From Candidatus Saccharimonadota bacterium (lineage in GTDB: Bacteria > Patescibacteriota > Saccharimonadia > Saccharimonadales > JACQNP01): a DNA stretch of 61,902 nucleotides. The DNA lies in NCBI GenBank assembly GCA_020428005.1, contig JAGQNP010000002.1, forward strand, positions 1-61,902. Reading direction: 5' to 3'. The notes beneath the pieces are model-generated. The model did no database searches. It was not told the origin of the DNA and worked only from the letters and a program-made list of their open reading frames with translations. This document shows, in pieces, positions 19,728-26,480 of this stretch. The first letter of the stretch is position 1. Every line of letters begins with the position of its first letter. The translations under genes and the position numbers were made by a program.

Positions 19728-20087
19728 ATGGCAGATGAACGTATGCTTAGTGGAGATGAGGTTCTTAATCGTGACCTTTTACTTAAATTTCTTGAGGAAA
19801 GAGCTGCAGAAAGTGATGTGTCCCAAGAACCTAGTCGAGGGCATTTTTTTGATGTAGATCCTGCAAATTCACCAGATAGATTAGTTCTAGATAGTCTAAT
19901 CAAAGCTTTTATGAACGGTGGTTATCAGACGCTGCTGGGAAATAGACAAAATGTTGTCCAAGAACAGTATGTTCCAGTTCAAGCAGTGGATACCACTCTC
20001 GAACCGGCACCATTAACCTCTACACCAGAACCGGTTGCGACACCACAACAAGGGCGCCAAATTCGACGAGATGTCGGTCTGCACTAG
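19728..20087 (+). CDS. hypothetical protein (119 aa)
   Basis: ORF preceded by TGaTATAAT 7 nt upstream of the ATG; no family recognised. Confidence 0.4.
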   Translation: MADERMLSGDEVLNRDLLLKFLEERAAESDVSQEPSRGHFFDVDPANSPDRLVLDSLIKAFMNGGYQTLLGNRQNVVQEQYVPVQAVDTTLEPAPLTSTPEPVATPQQGRQIRRDVGLH

Positions 20088-20118
20088 TTGCTTTGTTATA
20101 ATTATTCGGTAATTTTGT

Positions 20119-20194
20119 GCCGAGATAGCTCAGCTGGTAGAGCAGCTCATTCGTAACGAGCAGGTCGTGGGTTCGAGTCCCATTCTCGGCTCCA
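20119..20194 (+). tRNA. tRNA-Thr (anticodon CGU)
   Basis: 76 nt: GCCGAGA...TCTCGGC acceptor, anticodon loop ttCGTaa, discriminator T, CCA encoded. It closely resembles the E. coli thrW-type sequence. TGtTATAAT promoter at 20094-20102. Confidence 0.9.
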
Positions 20195-20202
20195 AAAAAG
20201 TC

Positions 20203-20364
20203 ATGGAGAACATTGTACTAATAGGCATGCCAGGATTGGTCGGATTGGCAGAATATCGACGTTCATTTTATGAGGCAGCAGCAGATGTTATAGTCGAACT
20301 TGAAGGGGTTGATCTAGAAGCAGATTATCAAAGAATGAGTGATGCCATTTCAGATATACTATAA
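20203..20364 (+). CDS. possible 53-aa hypothetical protein
   Basis: Internal ATG of track ORF 20167-20364, whose 5' part overlaps tRNA-Thr. No RBS or family support. Confidence 0.2.
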   Translation: MENIVLIGMPGLVGLAEYRRSFYEAAADVIVELEGVDLEADYQRMSDAISDIL

Positions 20365-20380
20365 TTTACATCATTAATAT

Positions 20381-20454
20381 GCGGGATTAGTATAGTGATA
20401 GTACGCTTGCTTCCCAAGCAAGAAGTGCGAGTTTGATTCTCGCATTCCGCACCA
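20381..20454 (+). tRNA. tRNA-Gly (anticodon CCC)
   Basis: 74 nt: acceptor GCGGGAT/ATTCCGC, anticodon stem CTTGC/GCAAG with loop ttCCCaa, CCA encoded. Confidence 0.9.
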
Positions 20455-20473
20455 AATATAAGGAGTAATAAAC

Positions 20474-20755
20474 ATGCAATCAGAGAGCACGGCTGAACTA
20501 AAGCAAAAGCCCGACAGCACAATTTTTAACAAATTAACCCAAGTACTGCTACCAATATTAACCATACTAGGATTTGGCCTAACATCTTTTAAAAGACCAG
20601 AACTTGGGCTTATCTTTAACTTGCTTGCTCAGATATTCTGGCTATATTCAAGTTGGAGGGCGTGGAAGGAAGCAAGCCAAGTCGGGATATTTATTACCAC
20701 CCTATTCATAACTGCTGTTGTAACATTCGGTGTCATAAATTACTGGTTTATTTAG
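20474..20755 (+). CDS. small membrane protein (93 aa)
   Basis: Two or three predicted TM segments; no family recognised. Confidence 0.4.
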   Translation: MQSESTAELKQKPDSTIFNKLTQVLLPILTILGFGLTSFKRPELGLIFNLLAQIFWLYSSWRAWKEASQVGIFITTLFITAVVTFGVINYWFI

Positions 20756-20804
20756 CTCATATGTCTAGAAAATCATTTACTAAAAACATATAATTAGTTC
20801 AAAC

Positions 20805-21161
20805 ATGCACGTACCAAAGAAATATTTTCATGATCGAATAGTTTTGTTGCTCATCAGTGTCACGGTCTTTTTGGCGTTTTTACAGTTGGTTCTTGTTCTG
20901 CTTGGAATAACAAGTGGTGGTAAATTAAATCTAGTTCAGTATCGACCAAATTTAGGTCTTAGCGGATATACATATGATACTTCGCCAATCCCATATATAA
21001 ATTTTATACTTTTTGGATTTATAGTAACGGTTCTAAATATTATCATTAGTATAAAGATTTACTCAACTAAACGTTACTATGCGATAACTGTATTGTGTAT
21101 GGGGCTTTTGCTGGTGATTCTTTCTCTGATTGTTAGTAACGCTTTATTAATTAGACAGTAG
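20805..21161 (+). CDS. small polytopic membrane protein (118 aa)
   Basis: Three hydrophobic segments; immediately upstream of the GT2 gene. Confidence 0.45.
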   Translation: MHVPKKYFHDRIVLLLISVTVFLAFLQLVLVLLGITSGGKLNLVQYRPNLGLSGYTYDTSPIPYINFILFGFIVTVLNIIISIKIYSTKRYYAITVLCMGLLLVILSLIVSNALLIRQ

Positions 21162-21166
21162 TAATC

Positions 21167-22768
21167 ATGAATGTAAAAGAGCTTGAAATTCCTCTTGATA
21201 GTGAAAAAACAAAACGCTATAGATTTTTTGAGATATTACCCGGAGCATTGAGCTGGAGCATCCTGGCATTTCCTTTTGTTATGAGTGAAATAAATGCCGC
21301 AGTTACAGCACTGTTTATTTTGGCTTTCTTCCTAATGTGGTTTGCTAGAGCTGTAGGATTAAACATAAGAGTTCTGCAAGGTTGGCACAGACTACAAAAG
21401 TATCAACGATATGATTGGAGTGTTTTTATTGATGAGCTTGAAGCAATGGAAATCCCTGATAGATCTAGCGCTCCTAAATGGCACGTAGACAATATAAGGC
21501 GTTTGCAAGAAACACCTGCTTTGCTAAAACCAAGTGAGGTAATCCATGCAATTATTATCCCAACTCATACAGATGGTAGGGCCATTTTAGAGCCGACAAT
21601 AAAATATATAATTGATTCAAAATTTGATATTAAAAAAACTATATTTGTTTTGACCTATGAGGAAAGAGCTGGTGAGCATATTGAGAAGGAGTGCAAGGAT
21701 CTAGTCAAAGAGTATGGCAAGTATTTTCGCCATGCGATTGCTACCAAACATCCTAAGGATTTATTAAACGAAGTAAAAGGTAAGGGGCCGAACGGAAATT
21801 GGGGTTGCAGACGTCTCAAAGAGTACTTAGATGAAGAGAATATTGACCCTAAACAAGTAATTGTTACGATGTTTGATGCAGATAATCGACCGCATCCCAA
21901 TTATTTTGGGGTTTTAACTTACATGGTAGCATCAACAATTAATCCGGTTCGTGCATCTTATCAACCGGTACCTATATACACTAACAATATTTGGGATGCA
22001 CCTGCGCTAATGAGGGTCATTGCGACCGGTAATTCTTTTTGGAATGTGGTTATATCAATGCGGCCCCATATGATCAGAAACTTTGCTTCTCATGCTCAAA
22101 GCATGCAGGGTTTGATAGAGACCGACTACCTTAGTGCCAGAACCGTTGTAGAAGACGGTCACCAGTTTTGGAGATCATATTTTGCATTCGAGGGTAAATA
22201 CGATGTTTACCCTATGTATGTTTCGGTTTTTCAAGATGCGGTATTAGCTCCAACATATCGTAAGACCATCAAAGAACAGTTTATTCAGCTTAGACGGTGG
22301 GCTTATGGAGCCTCTGACGTTGCGTACGTTGCCGAGAAAGGGTTCTTTACCAAAAATAAAATCTCAAAGGTTGATGTTACGTTTAAATTTCTACGATTAC
22401 TCGAGGGGCATGTCAGTTGGGCAACCGCGCCTCTTATTCTTGCGCTAGCAGCGTTTATACCACTTTTATTTAATCCCGACGACTATGTTGCTAACCAGTT
22501 ACCAATTCTGGTTAGTAGAATACAAACTGTTGCTATGATAGGGATATTTATAACCCTATTTCTTAGCTTTAAGGTTTTGCCCCCAAAGCCAAAACGTTAT
22601 AAGGCTCATAGAAACATATTTATGGTTCTGCAATGGGTACTTCTCCCAATTACAACAATTGTATTTAGTTCATTTGCCGCACTTAATTCACAGACAAGAC
22701 TTATCTTCAAACGGTACTTAAATACGTTTGATGCTACTATCAAGCACGTAAAAACAGATAATGACTAA
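21167..22768 (+). CDS. membrane-embedded family-2 glycosyltransferase, processive (cellulose/chitin-synthase-like) type
   Basis: FDADNRP (DxD), VEDGHQFW, QLRRW (QxxRW) motifs, flanked by N- and C-terminal TM bundles; 533 aa. Confidence 0.7.
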   Translation: MNVKELEIPLDSEKTKRYRFFEILPGALSWSILAFPFVMSEINAAVTALFILAFFLMWFARAVGLNIRVLQGWHRLQKYQRYDWSVFIDELEAMEIPDRSSAPKWHVDNIRRLQETPALLKPSEVIHAIIIPTHTDGRAILEPTIKYIIDSKFDIKKTIFVLTYEERAGEHIEKECKDLVKEYGKYFRHAIATKHPKDLLNEVKGKGPNGNWGCRRLKEYLDEENIDPKQVIVTMFDADNRPHPNYFGVLTYMVASTINPVRASYQPVPIYTNNIWDAPALMRVIATGNSFWNVVISMRPHMIRNFASHAQSMQGLIETDYLSARTVVEDGHQFWRSYFAFEGKYDVYPMYVSVFQDAVLAPTYRKTIKEQFIQLRRWAYGASDVAYVAEKGFFTKNKISKVDVTFKFLRLLEGHVSWATAPLILALAAFIPLLFNPDDYVANQLPILVSRIQTVAMIGIFITLFLSFKVLPPKPKRYKAHRNIFMVLQWVLLPITTIVFSSFAALNSQTRLIFKRYLNTFDATIKHVKTDND

Positions 22769-23172
22769 CTCTTAGAATAATAAGCTTTGTAATGAACGGA
22801 TGCGACATTATCGAATCTATTTAGGATTTTGGTTGAAATATCCTGGATTGTAGAAGCTGCAACTACAGCATCTGAAGATGCACCAAGAATGTGATCAATA
22901 ATTGTCTTCGTGAGGGCCGTAGCATCACTTATATGGCTTTTTCTGTGACGCAGGCTATCATCTATGCTAATTAACAATTTATCACTAGAAAACGGCTCAA
23001 GAGAACCATCTGACTTCAATACGCTGATCGATGATCCAAGATCAAGCTTTTCTATAGAGGTAAAATTGGCCTCACATTCGTCACATCTTCTTCTACGCCA
23101 TATGTTATTTGACCTATTCTGTAACCTAGAGTTAAAAACATGTGTTTTGCCACCACAGTAAATGCAGTTCAT
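22765..23172 (-). CDS. nrdR: transcriptional repressor NrdR
   Basis: N-terminal zinc ribbon CIYCGG...RRRRCDEC followed by an ATP-cone-like region; 135 aa. Confidence 0.85.
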   Translation of the reverse strand: MNCIYCGGKTHVFNSRLQNRSNNIWRRRRCDECEANFTSIEKLDLGSSISVLKSDGSLEPFSSDKLLISIDDSLRHRKSHISDATALTKTIIDHILGASSDAVVAASTIQDISTKILNRFDNVASVHYKAYYSKS

Positions 23173-23217
23173 GATTTATTTTTTGTATATGCAAAATTAA
23201 TGCTTATTTGTGAAACC

Positions 23218-23235
23218 ATGACAATATATTGACAT
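23218..23235. promoter_or_regulatory. near-perfect AT-rich palindrome, NrdR-box-like, upstream of nrdR
   Basis: ATGACAATATATTGACAT (perfect 10-bp core CAATATATTG), 46 bp upstream of the nrdR start codon. Confidence 0.3.
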
Positions 23236-23285
23236 ACAGCTATCAAAAATGCTAGTGGATAACTTGTGATTATTTGTGGAGAAAT

Positions 23286-23468
23286 AAAAAGTCCTAGGTC
23301 TATATCCCTAGGACTTTCGTCGACCCAGCTACTTTGCAGTTGCAGGGCGGACGCGTCGTATACGACTTACGTGGTTCTTTGGGGGTTTAATCTCTTCGTA
23401 AAAGAGTTTAAATGCCCCGAGAGAACTCTTTGAAATGGTACTCAAAAATGAGCGCCTCCCGATTAACC
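23286..23468 (-). ncRNA. candidate ~180-nt small RNA (unknown family) or very small basic peptide gene
   Basis: Minus-strand promoter TTGACT (23502-23497), 17 nt spacer, TGtTAGCAT (-10 at 23479-23474). Strong terminator GTCCTAGG-N8-CCTAGGAC plus T5 (23314-23286). No ATG anywhere in the unit; the only ORF is a 38-codon TTG-initiated one. Confidence 0.35.
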
Positions 23469-23573
23469 CGCTAATGCTAACATAAGTAAGTAAAAAAGTC
23501 AATACTCTAACAGATTAGCTTAAGCACATATTTACTAGGTCTAAGGTGTTTATTACGCTACAATAGAGCAAAT

Positions 23574-24644
23574 ATGAGTTTTGTACTTAAAACAACGACC
23601 AGTAATGTTAGGAGTGGTGAACTTAGCACTCGCGCCGGTAAAGTGCTTACGCCTACTTTCATGCCCGATGGTACAAGAGGCGCGGTTAAGCTCTTAACTC
23701 CCGAACAAGTTGTTAAAACGGGTGTTCAGGTGGTTCTAGCAAATACTTATCATCTTCATCTTGCACCGGGTGAGGATGTTATTGCTAAGCTTGGTGGGTT
23801 ACATAAGTTTGCCAACCGAAAAGGCCCAATGCTTACTGATTCTGGTGGATTTCAGGTTTTTAGTTTGGCCAAAGTCCGCAAGATCACAGAGGACGGTGTA
23901 ACATTTAAAGATCCAAAAACCGGTGACACTGTCTTCCTTTCTCCTGAAAAATCTATTCAGATCCAGATGAAAATGGGTGCTGATATGATCGTAGCTTTTG
24001 ATGATGTTACCGCTTTGGATGAGAAAGGGCGTGACCGGACACTTGAGGCATTCGAAAGAACACATCGTTGGCTGGAGCGATCTTTAGCTGAATATCAAAG
24101 ACTAACAAAGAATATGAAAGAGTCTGATAGTCCGATTATTTTTGGGGTTGTTCAAGGTGGATTAGATAAAGATCTTCGTAAGAAAAGTCTGGAGATTGTT
24201 CAATCTTTGCCCGTTGGCGGAATTGCCATCGGTGGATTATCGGTTGGTGAGACCCGGGAAGAAATGCACGAAATGTTGGAATATTTGAGTGGCTTGTATG
24301 ATGATTCGCCTCGACCACGGTTTTTGCTTGGGGTTGGTGATCCTATTGATGTTCGTAAGGGAATAGAATGTGGAATTGATATGTTTGACTGTGTAATGCC
24401 AACTCGCAATGCCCGTCATGCCACTGTTTGGATAAAGGGCGATGAAAAAATTCATCTGACAAACGAGAAATACATAGAAGATACTTCAGTAATCGATGAA
24501 AACTGCGATTGCTACACCTGTATATCTGGCTATAGTAGAGGGTTCTTAAGGCATCAATTTAAAGTTGGCGAACCATTAGCCGGCGCATTGGCCTCGATCC
24601 ATAACATTCGTTATTTAGAACGCCTCTGTGAAGATTATCGTTGA
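23574..24644 (+). CDS. tgt: queuine/preQ1 tRNA-ribosyltransferase
   Basis: LANTYHL, TDSGGFQVFS, VQGG, GLSVGE, zinc site CDCYTC...H; 356 aa. Confidence 0.9.
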   Translation: MSFVLKTTTSNVRSGELSTRAGKVLTPTFMPDGTRGAVKLLTPEQVVKTGVQVVLANTYHLHLAPGEDVIAKLGGLHKFANRKGPMLTDSGGFQVFSLAKVRKITEDGVTFKDPKTGDTVFLSPEKSIQIQMKMGADMIVAFDDVTALDEKGRDRTLEAFERTHRWLERSLAEYQRLTKNMKESDSPIIFGVVQGGLDKDLRKKSLEIVQSLPVGGIAIGGLSVGETREEMHEMLEYLSGLYDDSPRPRFLLGVGDPIDVRKGIECGIDMFDCVMPTRNARHATVWIKGDEKIHLTNEKYIEDTSVIDENCDCYTCISGYSRGFLRHQFKVGEPLAGALASIHNIRYLERLCEDYR

Positions 24645-24676
24645 ACAAAACATAAAAATATATTATAATATTACAA

Positions 24677-25525
24677 ATGTCAGAGTGGTCAATTGAAACT
24701 CCTATTGATACTTTTGAGCACCTAGAAACAGGTTCAGTAGTCGATATTGTTTCAGTTATTCATGTCGGTCAGCCTAGTTATTATAGGACACTCGGAAGTT
24801 ATATAATGGCTCGTCAAGACGAGGGGTTCGAGGTTCAGTATGAAGAAATTTCATACAATCCGGATGTTCCATTGAGGCCAGGGATTTTAACACGGATAAA
24901 AGATAAGATTGATGATGCAAAAACAGATGCTTCTGTTGATATTGATTTGACCGTTGAGCGTGTAACAAGCTGGACTTTCCAGAGGAACGAGCTGCTTTTT
25001 CGGCAGGAAGGAGCTCGAAATATTGACTTAGATTATAGTGAGATGCTGCCAGAAGAAAGTGTATTACGAAAGGCGTACGAACTACTTTCGTTTAAGGTCG
25101 GTCAACGTAAGATTGCACGATTGGCGAGGCAAGACCCAAACTTGCTTGAAGAATATTTGTTCAGACAAATGAAGAAAGTCGCTGATAAACACGAAGCTGG
25201 GCAAGCAAATAGCCATAGAAGAAAGAAAAGGGTGACTATTGGTATGCGCAATGAAAGAGCGCTAGAAGGGGTAGACGCCTCGCTTGAGTCAGATCCGGCT
25301 GCCAAGCTTGTATTAGTTTGGGGGAGGGGTCACTTGGAAGGACTACAGTCTGGACTGATTGAGAGAGGATATGAGCATAACGGACGTCAGGACGTTGAGG
25401 CGATATTCAACGCAACGTTACTAGAAAAAAGTGCAGAAAAAACTAGGAGAGAGCTAGTGGAGCTTACGGAAAAACAGGCAAAAGCAGAGGCAAAACTTCA
25501 GAAACCACGACGTCAGTTACACTAA
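24677..25525 (+). CDS. hypothetical protein, possibly TraB/GumN-like
   Basis: VIHVGQPSYY near the N-terminus, RNERA, and VWGRGHLEGL resemble TraB-family motifs. Weak, by eye only. Confidence 0.35.
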   Translation: MSEWSIETPIDTFEHLETGSVVDIVSVIHVGQPSYYRTLGSYIMARQDEGFEVQYEEISYNPDVPLRPGILTRIKDKIDDAKTDASVDIDLTVERVTSWTFQRNELLFRQEGARNIDLDYSEMLPEESVLRKAYELLSFKVGQRKIARLARQDPNLLEEYLFRQMKKVADKHEAGQANSHRRKKRVTIGMRNERALEGVDASLESDPAAKLVLVWGRGHLEGLQSGLIERGYEHNGRQDVEAIFNATLLEKSAEKTRRELVELTEKQAKAEAKLQKPRRQLH

Positions 25526-25532
25526 AGGAAAG

Positions 25533-25733
25533 CTAGTTGCCAACGATAGCTTGGGCAAATTCTCCCCATTTTTGCATAAGTGTACGCAACTCGTCGTTTG
25601 AGTCACTTTGATTACGTATAGCTGTTGTTGCATCATTCTTTTGCAAATAGCCCTTCGTCTCCTCAACTTCGCGACGCAAGTGTTCTAGTAATTTGATAAC
25701 TTCATCGGCTTTAGTTAGTGCTTTCTGATTCAT
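25533..25733 (-). CDS. hypothetical 66-aa protein
   Basis: ORF only. Confidence 0.3.
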   Translation of the reverse strand: MNQKALTKADEVIKLLEHLRREVEETKGYLQKNDATTAIRNQSDSNDELRTLMQKWGEFAQAIVGN

Positions 25734-25760
25734 GATTCTCCTCTCATAACTATCCTAGCA

Positions 25761-25788
25761 AAATAAATACTCCAGAAAAACTGGAGTA
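25761..25788 (-). terminator. intrinsic terminator (hairpin usable on both strands)
   Basis: TACTCCAG-AAAAA-CTGGAGTA; on the minus strand it is followed by TTTATTTT. Confidence 0.5.
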
Positions 25789-25792
25789 TTTA

Positions 25793-25805
25793 TGGTGGGC
25801 GATAT
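25793..25805 (-). repeat. 13-nt direct copy of the 3' end of tRNA-Val (including CCA)
   Basis: tggtgggcgatat at 25793-25805 is identical to 25963-25975, the last 13 nt of the tRNA-Val gene. Confidence 0.8.
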
Positions 25806-25962
25806 CAGTTGATAAATAACTGGAAATATCGTCATCACTTACTCCAAGCAAGCTTGTGCGTGAGCTCCTCATTATAGGATTCTCATCTACTTTCGTAGAT
25901 TTCTCGAATCCATATTAATGTACTTACCACGAAAAAACCCAACACAAGGTTGGATTTCTTCG

Positions 25963-26039
25963 TGGTGGGCGATATAGGATTCGAACCTATCACCTCGTCA
26001 ACGTCAATGACGCGCTCTAGCCAAATGAGCTAATCGCCC
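25963..26039 (-). tRNA. tRNA-Val (anticodon GAC)
   Basis: 77 nt on the minus strand: acceptor GGGCGAT/ATCGCCC, anticodon stem CGTCA/TGACG with loop ttGACgt, T-arm ATAGG-TTCGAAT-CCTAT, CCA encoded. Confidence 0.9.
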
Positions 26040-26231
26040 TTGTTAGAAACGAGTACTATCTTATCAAAAAGAATAATCAAAGGGAAGTATGTCATATATG
26101 GTGTACAAGTTTCCACAGGTTATGATGTAACGAAGACTACAATAAAGTACTAGCATTATGCTGCTAGCACGTGTATAGTTCTCGTTACGGTGAAGTTCTG
26201 AGAGGTGTCAATCTAAACACCTTACTCCCAG

Positions 26232-26269
26232 AAAACTTGAGTGTATTTGCGAGAGCACTCAAGTTTTTT
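26232..26269 (+). terminator. strong intrinsic terminator upstream of the thrS promoter
   Basis: 12-bp stem AAAACTTGAGTG / CACTCAAGTTTT followed by a T-run. Confidence 0.6.
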
Positions 26270-26292
26270 GATTTATGGGTTATAATGTTATT

Positions 26293-26460
26293 GAGCAATG
26301 AGGTAGACTCACCAACTACTTAGCTCCGTTGGCGTGGCAACAGATGAACGGATCAAATGTTGCAATAGAGAATGTCGAGGTGGAACCTCCGCAATGGCGG
26401 ACCGAGACGCATGAAAGATTGTACGACGTAAGTCATATCTTCGAATCATGCGTCTTTATT
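26293..26460 (+). promoter_or_regulatory. T-box-type tRNA-sensing leader (Thr) with terminator, upstream of thrS
   Basis: Antiterminator-like element: GTCGAGG [bulge TGGAACC 26381-26387] TCCGC-AATG-GCGGA CCGAGAC. It competes with terminator AGACGCATGA (26405-26414) / TCATGCGTCT (26446-26455) plus TTTATT. Hairpin GTAG-ACTCACCAA-CTAC (26303-26319) displays the Thr codons ACU and ACC. A TATAAT box lies at 26281-26286. Confidence 0.6.
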
Positions 26461-26480
26461 AATAATAAGGAGATAGATCT

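Noticed and set aside
20167-20202. 5' part of track ORF 20167-20364
   Set aside because: It overlaps the 3' end of tRNA-Thr (20119-20194). Only the internal ATG 20203 could be real, and even that has weak support.
23286-23468. Identity of the orphan RNA units (23286-23468 and 37298-37424) as SRP RNA, tmRNA or 6S RNA
   Set aside because: There is no GGAA-tetraloop/AGCA helix-8 motif (SRP) and no tRNA-like ends or tag ORF (tmRNA). There is also no end-to-end closing helix with a large central bubble (6S). A partial resemblance to E. coli 4.5S (GACGCGT, GTAGCTGG) is judged coincidental.
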